This document shows, piece by piece, positions 1 through 9,194 of a DNA stretch of 64,000 nucleotides; the stretch's first letter is position 1, and each line of letters starts with the position of its first letter. The position numbers and the translations under genes are program-made. The stretch lies in assembly GCA_902510025.1 (NCBI GenBank), contig CABWZX010000001.1, positions 1,133-65,132 on the forward strand, in the 5' to 3' direction. This stretch comes from an uncultured Pelagibacteraceae bacterium. GTDB taxonomy: Bacteria > Pseudomonadota > Alphaproteobacteria > Pelagibacterales > AG-422-B15. The notes under the pieces were generated by a model, which was given only the letters and a program-made list of their open reading frames with translations, was not told the DNA's origin and searched no databases.

Positions 1-1
1 T

Positions 2-550
2 TCAGATGAAGACAAGTATTTTGATATACCAGCTGAGCATACAGTTGATGATTTAACTACGTTGATAAAGAAGAATTACAAAAATATGTTAGGAATTGAT
101 TTCAATAAGAAAGAATCTATTTCCCATTTCTGGTTTATTTCTAAAAATAAAGAGGAACCCAGAGTTGCAAACCGTTATGAGGAAGAAGGATCAGAACTAG
201 AACAGCCTTTAGCTATTGCAAGAGATGTCGTTAGCTTATTTGAAAGATTATCTAAAGCTCCTTCAAATCAAAAAATTTCTCAATTCTTAATTCAAAATGA
301 TGATCTTCGACATGTAGTAAGACGCTGTAATGTAGTTGAAAAATTTCCTTATGCAGAAATACAAGATAACACAGTAGGCCAAAACCTTATTCCAATTGAT
401 ATGCTTAGATTTAAATTATCATTCTTTGGTGCTCAAAAATTTGATCCAAGATCAGATAAGTGGCTAAGAATCTGTATGTATCAAGGGGCTCCTCTTATCA
501 ATGAACTTAATAGCTCAAACGATATGTGGATTTATGAAGGACAAACTTAA
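2..550 (+). CDS. Hypothetical protein, 5'-truncated by window edge
   Basis: The reading frame is open from nt 2 with no stop before the listed TTG at 62, so the gene probably starts upstream of the window. Its stop TAA (548-550) abuts the ATG of the next ORF. No family recognised. Confidence 0.5.
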   Translation, partial: SDEDKYFDIPAEHTVDDLTTLIKKNYKNMLGIDFNKKESISHFWFISKNKEEPRVANRYEEEGSELEQPLAIARDVVSLFERLSKAPSNQKISQFLIQNDDLRHVVRRCNVVEKFPYAEIQDNTVGQNLIPIDMLRFKLSFFGAQKFDPRSDKWLRICMYQGAPLINELNSSNDMWIYEGQT

Positions 551-1165
551 ATGAAATCTTCAAGCGAAATTGATACAGTCTCAAAACGAGCAACGAAAGC
601 TTCAGGTTTCTCTTGGGGCATTGCTGAAGAAGTTGGAAAAAATATTAAAACCTTAGAATTATTTGGAATTGGCGGTATCGAGAATTTAAATGCTTATCTG
701 CATCAATTAAAAGATCATAAAGCAGAAGGGCCAAAAGAAATTCTTAAAAATAATTCACCACAAGGAAAATCATTCTGTCCATTTTACACTGGAACTGCTT
801 TAATCGATGCGGCTGAGCAAGTATTAGAGTTAAAAACTCTAAAATTTGATTCAATAGATTATCCGATACTCATTCTTCCTTTTATAAACCGTCTATCTTA
901 CAAAATTGGCAGAATGATTATGGTTAAAATAGATGAATACGAAATCAATCTAAACTTAAATCAATTCATATCTTCAAATATGGATATACAGAATAAAATT
1001 TTAGAATCATGCAAATTATTTGAGATTAATGTTCTTGAAAGCAAAGATGCCTTTAAACCTGAAACTTGGGAAAAACTCTATAAATTATCTACTGATACAT
1101 TTGTTGAAGAGAGCGAACGATCAAAAACTACTGCAGCGGGTGCTGGATTAGTCGATAATGATTAG
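551..1165 (+). CDS. Hypothetical protein (about 200 aa, soluble)
   Basis: 204-aa ORF whose ATG directly follows the upstream stop, suggesting translational coupling. No catalytic motif recognised. Confidence 0.55.
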   Translation: MKSSSEIDTVSKRATKASGFSWGIAEEVGKNIKTLELFGIGGIENLNAYLHQLKDHKAEGPKEILKNNSPQGKSFCPFYTGTALIDAAEQVLELKTLKFDSIDYPILILPFINRLSYKIGRMIMVKIDEYEINLNLNQFISSNMDIQNKILESCKLFEINVLESKDAFKPETWEKLYKLSTDTFVEESERSKTTAAGAGLVDND

Positions 1166-1177
1166 TTAGAAAAAATT

Positions 1178-2614
1178 TTATAATTGAATACCAATATTTT
1201 TTAATTGAAGGTAGCTCTTAATTGCTTCTTGTCCTTTTTCTCGACTATAACCAGATTGTTTATAACCTCCGAAAGGAGTGGCAACACTTCCTGTAAACCA
1301 GCTATTAACATAGATTTGACCTCCATTTAACTGAGAGGCCATCTTAGTAGCTTGATTAACATCGTTGGTAAAAACTCCAGCTGCTAATCCAAACTCAGTA
1401 CCATTTGCAATATCAACAGCTTCATCTTGATCATTAAATTCTAGAACAGAGAGAACTGGACCAAAAATCTCTTCTTGTGCAATTGTCATTTCAGGTTGAA
1501 CATTATCAAATACTGTCGCTTCAAAATAATAACCTTTTCGATCAACTCTATTACCACCAGCTGCAACACTAGCTCCAGCTTGCTGTCCTGATCTTGAGAA
1601 ATTTTCTATCTTTTGTAATTGTTCTTCTGAAATAACAGGTGTGAGTTCTGTCCCATCTTCAGATCCATGTCCAACTTTTAATGAGTTAGCAAGATTCGCA
1701 AGTTTGTCGACAAGTTCATTTTTAATGGATTTGTGGGCTATTACTCTAGACATTGCAGAACAAATCTGTCCAGCTTGACCAAAAATAGCACCCTTTGCCG
1801 CATTCACAACTTTATCAAGATCCGCATCTGGCATAACCACGGCAGCAGACTTTCCTCCTAATTCCACAACTGCAGGAATAGCTCGTTCAGCTGCAGCATG
1901 TAATATTGCTTTTCCTGTTTTAACTGAACCAGTAAAGGAAACTTGTGATACATCTTTGTGAGCTGTTAAGTCATTGCCTGCTCCACTGCCATAACCACAA
2001 ATAATATTAATGAGTCCAGCTGGAACTCCTGCATTGTCAATTGCTTTTGCAAATGCAGACGCTGTAGAGAGTGGAGTTAACTCAGCAGTTTTTATAACAG
2101 TTGAATTTCCTGCAGCAAATGCACATGACAACGATCTTGCAAGCATTGATATTGGATAGTTCCAAGGAACAATATGCGCCGAAACTCCATAAGGTTCATA
2201 AATGGTATAATCCATTACTTGACTATTTACAGGAATTGTTCGTCCTTCAATTTTATCGGTAAGACCACTGTAATAATCAAAATAATTAGCAGCATCAACA
2301 AATTCAAACTCTGCTGCAGGTAATAGTTTTCCATTTTCTAAGCAAAGTATTTTACCGCCTTCCTTGCTAACTTTTCTTAATTCATTTGCGATCTTGCGCA
2401 TAAGATTAGCGCGTTCCATCGGTGGCATATCAACGAGGATTCTAGACTCATATGATTTTTTTGCTGATTCAACAGCTAAGTCTACATCGTCTTTGACAGC
2501 ACAACTAATCTCACCAACAGCTTCTTCTGTTGCAGGATCATTAACAATAATACTTTCGCCTTTGACAACGCTGTCTACCCATTTCCCATTAATGTAATGT
2601 TGATATTTTTCCAT
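1178..2614 (-). CDS. NAD(P)+-dependent aldehyde dehydrogenase
   Basis: 478 aa with ALDH hallmarks: 'VELGGKSA', catalytic-Cys region 'GQICSAMSR' and 'EEIFGPV'. Confidence 0.9.
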   Translation of the reverse strand: MEKYQHYINGKWVDSVVKGESIIVNDPATEEAVGEISCAVKDDVDLAVESAKKSYESRILVDMPPMERANLMRKIANELRKVSKEGGKILCLENGKLLPAAEFEFVDAANYFDYYSGLTDKIEGRTIPVNSQVMDYTIYEPYGVSAHIVPWNYPISMLARSLSCAFAAGNSTVIKTAELTPLSTASAFAKAIDNAGVPAGLINIICGYGSGAGNDLTAHKDVSQVSFTGSVKTGKAILHAAAERAIPAVVELGGKSAAVVMPDADLDKVVNAAKGAIFGQAGQICSAMSRVIAHKSIKNELVDKLANLANSLKVGHGSEDGTELTPVISEEQLQKIENFSRSGQQAGASVAAGGNRVDRKGYYFEATVFDNVQPEMTIAQEEIFGPVLSVLEFNDQDEAVDIANGTEFGLAAGVFTNDVNQATKMASQLNGGQIYVNSWFTGSVATPFGGYKQSGYSREKGQEAIKSYLQLKNIGIQL

Positions 2615-2676
2615 AAATAATAATTTATACTATGCTCTATTTTGCCATAGAACAATAAAAGTAAGATCTTAAAATA

Positions 2677-3276
2677 TTATTTTGTTCCAAGAACTGTTGC
2701 AACAAGGTGAATTCTGTCTTCTTCTCCACCATTAATTGCAGTGTGATATTTAGTATTATCAGTAACATAGATATTCCCATCTGCAGGAATATGATATCCG
2801 GTATGTTCTATAAACATTCTAGCGCCATGATTTGTTTTAATCGCTATATGTAATCTTTTTTCAGGGTCGCGATGCCAACTTAGAGTTGTTCTTTGTGGCA
2901 TCTTAATAACTCTACATCTTCCAATTTCAAAAAATTCATTAATTTTATCATAAACGTACTTAAAATATGTATCATTTAACTTTTCATTAAATAAGGTGTA
3001 GCGAGACTCATCTACATATGGCTCACGTTCCATTTCTTCAAAAGATGCGTCTGGTTTTGTCCAATATTTACCCCTAACATTTCCTCCAAACCACTCATCA
3101 AGCTCTTTTTCATCATAATTTAAACAAATTGCATTAGAATAAAGAAGCCCATCTTTTGGAGGCTTGTTTTCAAAAGGTCTTATTTTGACAAGTTCATCTA
3201 CAGCTTTATTTAACTCAGCAACATCAAAACAGACGTTTTCGAATCTCTCTATATACTGATTAATATGTGTATTCAT
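2677..3276 (-). CDS. Aspartyl/asparaginyl beta-hydroxylase-like 2OG/Fe(II) dioxygenase (cupin fold)
   Basis: 'SWHRD' (His-x-Asp) and 'DNTKYHTAINGGEEDRIHLV' resemble the AspH-family C-terminal metal/2OG motif. Substrate unknown. Confidence 0.6.
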   Translation of the reverse strand: MNTHINQYIERFENVCFDVAELNKAVDELVKIRPFENKPPKDGLLYSNAICLNYDEKELDEWFGGNVRGKYWTKPDASFEEMEREPYVDESRYTLFNEKLNDTYFKYVYDKINEFFEIGRCRVIKMPQRTTLSWHRDPEKRLHIAIKTNHGARMFIEHTGYHIPADGNIYVTDNTKYHTAINGGEEDRIHLVATVLGTK

Positions 3277-3425
3277 TTATATCCCTAATGAACAATATAC
3301 CCCTCAAATAATCTAATTTCGATGTTTTTATAAATCAAAATTGTCGCAAGTGTGATTTCAAAAATAAACAATTACCTAGATTTTGCTGATTAATTCATGT
3401 TATGTTTTCCATCAGAATTTAAATT

Positions 3426-4496
3426 ATGGAAGATTTCGTAAAATTTGAACGTATTGATAAGAGCTATGACGGTGAGGTCCTAGTCGTTAAGGATTTAAAT
3501 GTCGATATTGCTGAAGGTGAGTTTCTAACCCTTCTCGGCCCATCAGGTTCAGGAAAAACAACTACTTTGATGATGCTTGCTGGATTTGAAACTCCAACCA
3601 ATGGTGAGATCTTTCTTAAAGGAACTCCAATAAGTAAAATTGCTCCATATGAAAGAGGCATTGGCATGGTCTTTCAAAACTACGCTCTCTTTCCTCACAT
3701 GACAGTTCAAGAAAACTTAGCTTTTCCATTAGAAGTTAGAAAAGTACCAAAAGCAGATGCTGAAACAAAGGTTAAAGCTGCTCTTGATATGGTTGAACTT
3801 GGAGAATTCGGAACACGTTTCCCGGCTCAACTATCAGGTGGACAACAACAACGTGTCGCCTTAGCTCGTGCGTTAGTATTTGAACCTCAATTGGTTCTTA
3901 TGGATGAACCTCTTGGCGCATTAGATAAAAATTTAAGAGAACAAATGCAATATGAGATCAAACATATTCATGAGAGAATTGGAATTACAGTTGTCTATGT
4001 TACTCATGACCAAAGTGAAGCTTTGACAATGTCAAATCGAATTGGTGTTTTTAACGACGGGGTTATTCAACAGCTTTCTACACCAGATGTTTTATACGAG
4101 AAACCAGAAAATTCATTTGTTGCTCAGTTTATTGGTGAAAATAATAAATTAACTGGAACTGTTAAGAGTGTTAATGGGCAATATTGTGAGGTTGATTTAG
4201 ACAGTGGTGGATCAACGAAAGCGCTTAAGATCAATGTTGACAGTGTTGGACAAAAAACTCAACTTTCAGTTCGACCAGAAAGAATTTCTGTTGGAGCAGA
4301 TAATGCAGAAAATCAATTTACTGGAAAAGTTGAAGAATTGATTTATCTCGGAGACCATATTCGTGTGAGACTGAACGTTTGCGGAAGTAATGAATTTATC
4401 GTTAAAATCTCTAATGAGGGCAACATCTCATTTAAGGAAGGCGATAACGTCGATGTATCGTGGGCTGCAGATGATATCAGAGCTTTAGATCTCTAA
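3426..4496 (+). CDS. ABC transporter ATP-binding protein, PotA/PotG-like
   Basis: Walker A 'GPSGSGKTT', signature 'LSGGQQQRVALARAL', Walker B 'LVLMDEPLGALD', H-loop 'VTHDQ', and a C-terminal TOBE-like extension. Confidence 0.9.
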   Translation: MEDFVKFERIDKSYDGEVLVVKDLNVDIAEGEFLTLLGPSGSGKTTTLMMLAGFETPTNGEIFLKGTPISKIAPYERGIGMVFQNYALFPHMTVQENLAFPLEVRKVPKADAETKVKAALDMVELGEFGTRFPAQLSGGQQQRVALARALVFEPQLVLMDEPLGALDKNLREQMQYEIKHIHERIGITVVYVTHDQSEALTMSNRIGVFNDGVIQQLSTPDVLYEKPENSFVAQFIGENNKLTGTVKSVNGQYCEVDLDSGGSTKALKINVDSVGQKTQLSVRPERISVGADNAENQFTGKVEELIYLGDHIRVRLNVCGSNEFIVKISNEGNISFKEGDNVDVSWAADDIRALDL

Positions 4497-4643
4497 AATC
4501 CCAATTCAAAGAGTGCTTTTACTACACTGAATCAAATACTTAGCTTAATAAATTAGTACTTTATTTCATCTATAGGCATGTTAGACTTTCCGACTTTTAA
4601 AAAGGCTTTTTTAAAACTTTTATAAACTAAGGAGAAATAAATA

Positions 4644-5747
4644 ATGTCTAAATTTTTTAAGACTATTATAGCTTTTGCTTTTCTTTCTGTTGTTCCTTTC
4701 TCAGCCTCTGCAGAGGTAACTTTCGTTTCATGGGGTGGTGCTTATACAGAGAGTCAAATTAAAGCTTATGGGGACACATACAGTGACCCTGACTCAATCA
4801 TTTTTGAGCCATATAACGGTGGATTAGGTGAAGTTCGTGCACAAGTTGAAAGTGGGAACGTAGCTTGGGATATCGTTGACGTTCTTCCAAGTGAAGCAAT
4901 CATTGGTTGCGATGAAGGATTATTTGAAGATCTTTCTGATGTAGCTTGGACTGATGCACCTGACGGTACATCTATGGAAGACGATTTAGCTGCAAGTGGA
5001 GTAACTATTATGCCTCCATGTTGTGCTCCTCAAATTTTCTGGACTTATGTAGCTTTCTACGATCCAGACAATTTCCCTGGAAACTGGAGTGGTGCAAAAC
5101 CTGAAGGTATTGCTGACTTCTTTGATGTTGAAAACTTCCCAGGAAAAAGAGGTGTTCATACGTGGGCAAATGCTATCGTTGAGATGGCTTTAGTTGCTGA
5201 CGGCGTTGGAGTTAACGACGTATATGACGTACTAGAAACATCTGAAGGTGTTGACCGTGCGTTTGCTAAGCTTGACACTATCAAAGACCATATCATTCAC
5301 TGGTCTGCTGGTTCAAAACCATTAGAACTAGTTAAAAGTGGAGAGGTTGTTATGTCTCTTGCTTATAACGGAAGAGTTGGTGCTGCAAATCTAAGTGAAG
5401 GTGAAAACTTCGAATACATTTGGGAAGGACAAGTAATCGAACAAGAGTATATTTGTCTTATGAATGGTGCACCTAATAGAGATGCTGCAATCGACTTTAT
5501 GATTCACGCATCATCTTCTGAGTCACAAGCTGAACAAGCTAAATACATTACTTACGGACCAATGAGAGCATCTGGTATCGATATTATCGCTGCTGGTGAA
5601 CCATGGTTCCATACTGGTATCAATGTATTAGACCAAATGCCTAACACGCCTGATAAACTAGCTATTTCTGTAATTGGAGACCCTACTTGGTGGGCTGACA
5701 ATGGATCAGAAATTAGTGAGCGTTATGGCGCATGGATGGGTAACTAA
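4644..5747 (+). CDS. Periplasmic substrate-binding protein of the ABC importer (PotD/PotF-like superfamily)
   Basis: Signal peptide 'MSKFFKTIIAFAFLSVVPFSASA', strong RBS 'aaggag' 8 nt upstream, and a position between the ATPase and permeases. Visibly higher GC and biased codons than neighbours. Ligand not inferable. Confidence 0.85.
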   Translation: MSKFFKTIIAFAFLSVVPFSASAEVTFVSWGGAYTESQIKAYGDTYSDPDSIIFEPYNGGLGEVRAQVESGNVAWDIVDVLPSEAIIGCDEGLFEDLSDVAWTDAPDGTSMEDDLAASGVTIMPPCCAPQIFWTYVAFYDPDNFPGNWSGAKPEGIADFFDVENFPGKRGVHTWANAIVEMALVADGVGVNDVYDVLETSEGVDRAFAKLDTIKDHIIHWSAGSKPLELVKSGEVVMSLAYNGRVGAANLSEGENFEYIWEGQVIEQEYICLMNGAPNRDAAIDFMIHASSSESQAEQAKYITYGPMRASGIDIIAAGEPWFHTGINVLDQMPNTPDKLAISVIGDPTWWADNGSEISERYGAWMGN

Positions 5748-5783
5748 GCTTGAACGTTAAGTAAAGTTAATTTATTATTTAAA

Positions 5784-5814
5784 GGGGTGAGACATAAATC
5801 TCACCCCTTTTTTT
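5784..5814 (+). terminator. Rho-independent terminator/attenuator after the binding-protein gene
   Basis: Perfect 9-bp GC-rich stem ggggtgaga/tctcacccc (5784-5792 / 5799-5807), 6-nt loop, then T7 (5808-5814). Confidence 0.7.
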
Positions 5815-7098
5815 ATGGAGGCGCATATCTCTACCGCTGAACAAGTATTACTAACAACTGATGGAATTCCTCTAAAGGACAGCCTGAAGAAGACAGAAAG
5901 AAGGAATAAAATTAAGGCTTTTCTTCTTGTTTTCCCTCTTCTCCTTTTCATTATTGTTACATTTGTTGTCCCTATCTTTGATATGCTTGGCAGAAGTATT
6001 GACGATAGCCAAATCAATCAGGTTTACCCAAAAACATTTGAAGAGTATGGGAAGTGGGATAAAAAAGCAGATGAGCTTCCACCTGAAGAAGTTTTCAAAG
6101 CCATCTATTTTGAGCTCGGCACAGGCGACAAGATCATGATTGGAAGAGCGTTAACCCGGATGAACTATTCCAAATCTGGTTGGAAAAGTCTTATTAAAAA
6201 AACGCAAAGACAAATTAAAAAGGATCTTAAGGCTGAGACCGTCATAACATCATATAAAGATCGCCTAATTGAAATAAATGAGAAGTGGGCTGATCGAACC
6301 TATTGGTACGCAATGTCTCAAATGATTAATGAGCGTACACCTATTTATTATTGGAATGCATTAGATAGAACATACGACGCTGAAATGAACGTCGTAAGGC
6401 AGTCCGAAGAGAGAAGAATTTATGTCAAAACATGGATTAAAACTTTTAAAGTCAGTGTGTATGTTACTTTCTTTTGCCTGCTACTTGGTTTCCCTGTAGC
6501 CCATCTCTTAGCTAATTTGCCATTGCGTTATAGCAACTTATTAATGATTTTTGTTTTACTCCCATTCTGGACATCTCTACTGGTAAGAACAACAGCATGG
6601 ATTGTGATGTTACAGCAGAATGGGGTTATTAATGGGGTTTTGGTATGGCTTGGAATCTTATGCGATGATTGTCGGATTCAGATGGTCTATAATGAAACCG
6701 GGACACTAATTGCAATGACACAGATCTTACTTCCGTTCATGATACTTCCGCTCTACAGTGTCATGAAAGTTATTCCACCTAGTCATTTACGTGCCGCGGC
6801 AAATCTTGGGGCAAAACCTTTTACAGCTTTTATCAGAGTATATTTACCTCAAACTGTTCCTGGAATGAGCGCTGGTGGACTTTTAGTTTTTGTACTTGCG
6901 ATAGGATACTTTATTACACCTGAACTAGTTGGTGGTAAGGACGGACAATTAATTGGGCACTGGATTGCTTACCATTTAAAGACAACCTTAAACTGGGGTT
7001 TGTGTGCAGCATTGGGAGCTATACTTCTTGGAATCATGTTAATTTTATATTGGCTCTATAATAGAATTGTTGGAATCGATAATATTAAATTAGGATAA
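5815..7098 (+). CDS. ABC transporter permease (PotB/PotH-like) with a large extracytoplasmic insert after TM1
   Basis: Multi-TM protein with EAA-type loop 'AAANLGAKPFTAFIRVYLPQ'. 427 aa versus about 285 aa typical; the extra roughly 140 aa lie between TM1 and TM2. Confidence 0.8.
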   Translation: MEAHISTAEQVLLTTDGIPLKDSLKKTERRNKIKAFLLVFPLLLFIIVTFVVPIFDMLGRSIDDSQINQVYPKTFEEYGKWDKKADELPPEEVFKAIYFELGTGDKIMIGRALTRMNYSKSGWKSLIKKTQRQIKKDLKAETVITSYKDRLIEINEKWADRTYWYAMSQMINERTPIYYWNALDRTYDAEMNVVRQSEERRIYVKTWIKTFKVSVYVTFFCLLLGFPVAHLLANLPLRYSNLLMIFVLLPFWTSLLVRTTAWIVMLQQNGVINGVLVWLGILCDDCRIQMVYNETGTLIAMTQILLPFMILPLYSVMKVIPPSHLRAAANLGAKPFTAFIRVYLPQTVPGMSAGGLLVFVLAIGYFITPELVGGKDGQLIGHWIAYHLKTTLNWGLCAALGAILLGIMLILYWLYNRIVGIDNIKLG

Positions 7099-7100
7099 CT

Positions 7101-7991
7101 ATGGCTTTACCTTCATATACCAAACCTGGAGAAAGAATATTTTACTACTTCTACATAACTTTCTGTGGAGTTGTATTCTTCTTCTTAATGGCTCCATTGG
7201 TTGCAATTATCCCAATTTCCTTTAGCCAATCGCCATTTATGCTTTTTACTGAAGGAATGCTGGCTTGGCCTCCGGATCCTGACGCATGGTCTTTTCGATG
7301 GTACCGTTACATGGTTGGAATTTGTGAAGATAAAAATTTAACAACTCCTTGTGGTAATAAGTGGATGAGGGGAACAGTAAATAGTTTCTACGTAGGAACA
7401 ATATCAACTGTCATTGCTACAACTCTTGGAACGATAGCTGCTCTTGGACTGAGCAAACCTCATATGCCATTTAAAGGTCTAATCATGTCAATATTAATTA
7501 GTCCAATGATTGTCCCTCTAATCATTACTGCTGCTGGAATGTTCTTTTTCTATGCAAAAGTTAATTTGGTTTACACTTTCACAGGAATTATTATGGCTCA
7601 CGTTGCTCTTTCAGTGCCATTTGTAGTCATCACTGTAACCGCAACACTGGTTGGGTATGACACGAATATGACCAGAGCTGCACAAAGTTTAGGCGCTAGG
7701 CCAATGAAAACTTTCTTTAAAGTTACGATGCCACTAATTCTTCCTGGAATTATTTCTGGTGCGCTTTTTGCTTTTATTACATCTTTTGATGAAGTTGTGA
7801 TTGTGATGTTTATGGCAAGTATTGAACAGTTAACTATTCCAAAACAAATGTGGGCAGGTATTCGACAAGAAATCAGTCCTGTGATTTTGTGTATGGCAAC
7901 TTGTCTTGTTGTGCTCTCGATACTCTTACTAACTACTGTAGAAATGCTTCGTCGACGATCAGAAAACCTTCGTGGTATTGCTCACCGATAA
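7101..7991 (+). CDS. ABC transporter permease (PotC/PotI-like)
   Basis: Six predicted TM segments and EAA-type loop 'TRAAQSLGARPMKTFFKVTMPLILPG'. Starts 2 nt after the upstream stop. Confidence 0.85.
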   Translation: MALPSYTKPGERIFYYFYITFCGVVFFFLMAPLVAIIPISFSQSPFMLFTEGMLAWPPDPDAWSFRWYRYMVGICEDKNLTTPCGNKWMRGTVNSFYVGTISTVIATTLGTIAALGLSKPHMPFKGLIMSILISPMIVPLIITAAGMFFFYAKVNLVYTFTGIIMAHVALSVPFVVITVTATLVGYDTNMTRAAQSLGARPMKTFFKVTMPLILPGIISGALFAFITSFDEVVIVMFMASIEQLTIPKQMWAGIRQEISPVILCMATCLVVLSILLLTTVEMLRRRSENLRGIAHR

Positions 7992-8006
7992 TTTCTTTAT
8001 AAGTTT

Positions 8007-9029
8007 TTATTCTTTATGCCAAGTATCAGTTAATCGATATCCGTAAGGAAAAGGATTATTATCATCTAGATATAATTTCTGTTCTCCAGTGATCCATGCT
8101 TGACCTGTAATTTCAGGAACAACACATACTGTTCCATCTTTTTCTTCTTCACTAATTAACTCACATTCAAAAGTTGTATCTAAAATCGACTGTGAAATAA
8201 ATTTCTCATGTAAATTTATTTCTTTTTTAAGATACATATATGCCAAACGTGCTGAAGTTCCAGTGCCACATGGTGAACGATCAAGTTTCTTTGGCCTGAT
8301 ACAAACTGTGTTGCGAGCTTGTTGAATACCATCTCCATTAACTTCTGACTTATCCATTAACATACAAAAAGAAATTGCATTCATGTTTGGAACTAATGGG
8401 TGACTAAATCCTAGTTGTTCATTTGCAGCTTTAATTATTTTAGAACATACGTTAACAATTTGATCAGCGTTATCTGGTTTGATTTCAATTCTTAAATCTT
8501 TACTGTTAACTAAAACAAAACCATCTCCACCGTATGCAGTAGTAACTATTAAATTTCCAATTCCTTCAACTTTAATTTCTTTTTCTAAATCTAAAACAAA
8601 AGAAGGAAAGTTTGTTATCTTTACACTTTCAACTTTTTGTTCATTGCACTTGGCTTCAACATTAATTAATCCACCTGGTGCCTCTAAGGTAAGATTCATT
8701 GTAGAATTAGTGATTGGAATAATACCTTGCTCTAATAATACTGTTGCCACACATATTGAATTGCTGCCAGACATCGGTGGCACATCTGCAGGCTCCATAA
8801 TAATAAAACCCATATCTGCTGCGGGATCTTTTGGAGGCACAATGAGGTTAACATGCTTAAAAACTCCTCCTCGAGGCTCATTTAAAACATACTTCCACAG
8901 CTTTTTATCCTGTTTTATAAACTCCGCTTGTTCAAAAACAGTGCTCCCTTGAGGAGGTTCTACTCCATTGACAATAACGTCACCTACTTCGCCACAACAA
9001 TTCACTGAAACTAGTTCAATTGACTTCAT
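8007..9029 (-). CDS. Proline racemase / hydroxyproline epimerase superfamily protein (non-canonical Ser/Cys active-site pair)
   Basis: The second catalytic motif 'DRSPCGTGTSARLA' is intact. The position normally read as 'MCGH' reads 'MSGSNSI'. Confidence 0.8.
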   Translation of the reverse strand: MKSIELVSVNCCGEVGDVIVNGVEPPQGSTVFEQAEFIKQDKKLWKYVLNEPRGGVFKHVNLIVPPKDPAADMGFIIMEPADVPPMSGSNSICVATVLLEQGIIPITNSTMNLTLEAPGGLINVEAKCNEQKVESVKITNFPSFVLDLEKEIKVEGIGNLIVTTAYGGDGFVLVNSKDLRIEIKPDNADQIVNVCSKIIKAANEQLGFSHPLVPNMNAISFCMLMDKSEVNGDGIQQARNTVCIRPKKLDRSPCGTGTSARLAYMYLKKEINLHEKFISQSILDTTFECELISEEEKDGTVCVVPEITGQAWITGEQKLYLDDNNPFPYGYRLTDTWHKE

Positions 9030-9194
9030 TATTCCTCGTACTCAAAATTGCTAAATATACTTATGTATAGATTCTATATATGTTATTTTTTTTCTAAGTC
9101 CTTATAAAACAACGGATTCTCTACCTTGTGCTAGACCCCCTATACTCTACAATATTTACCAGTACTTTTTAATAATTATTAAGAGGAGAGTAAT

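Noticed and set aside
8479-8952. 157-aa ORF on the plus strand inside the proline-racemase-family gene. Similar antisense ORFs occur at 2364-2597, 3464-3667, 17217-17496, 24352-24633, 32286-32717, 41329-41619, 44052-44354, 57928-58227 and 59580-59897.
   Set aside because: All lie fully inside, and antisense to, long ORFs with clear family motifs. Their translations are low-complexity Ser/Leu/Ile/Pro-rich strings typical of shadow ORFs, with no RBS or recognisable domain.
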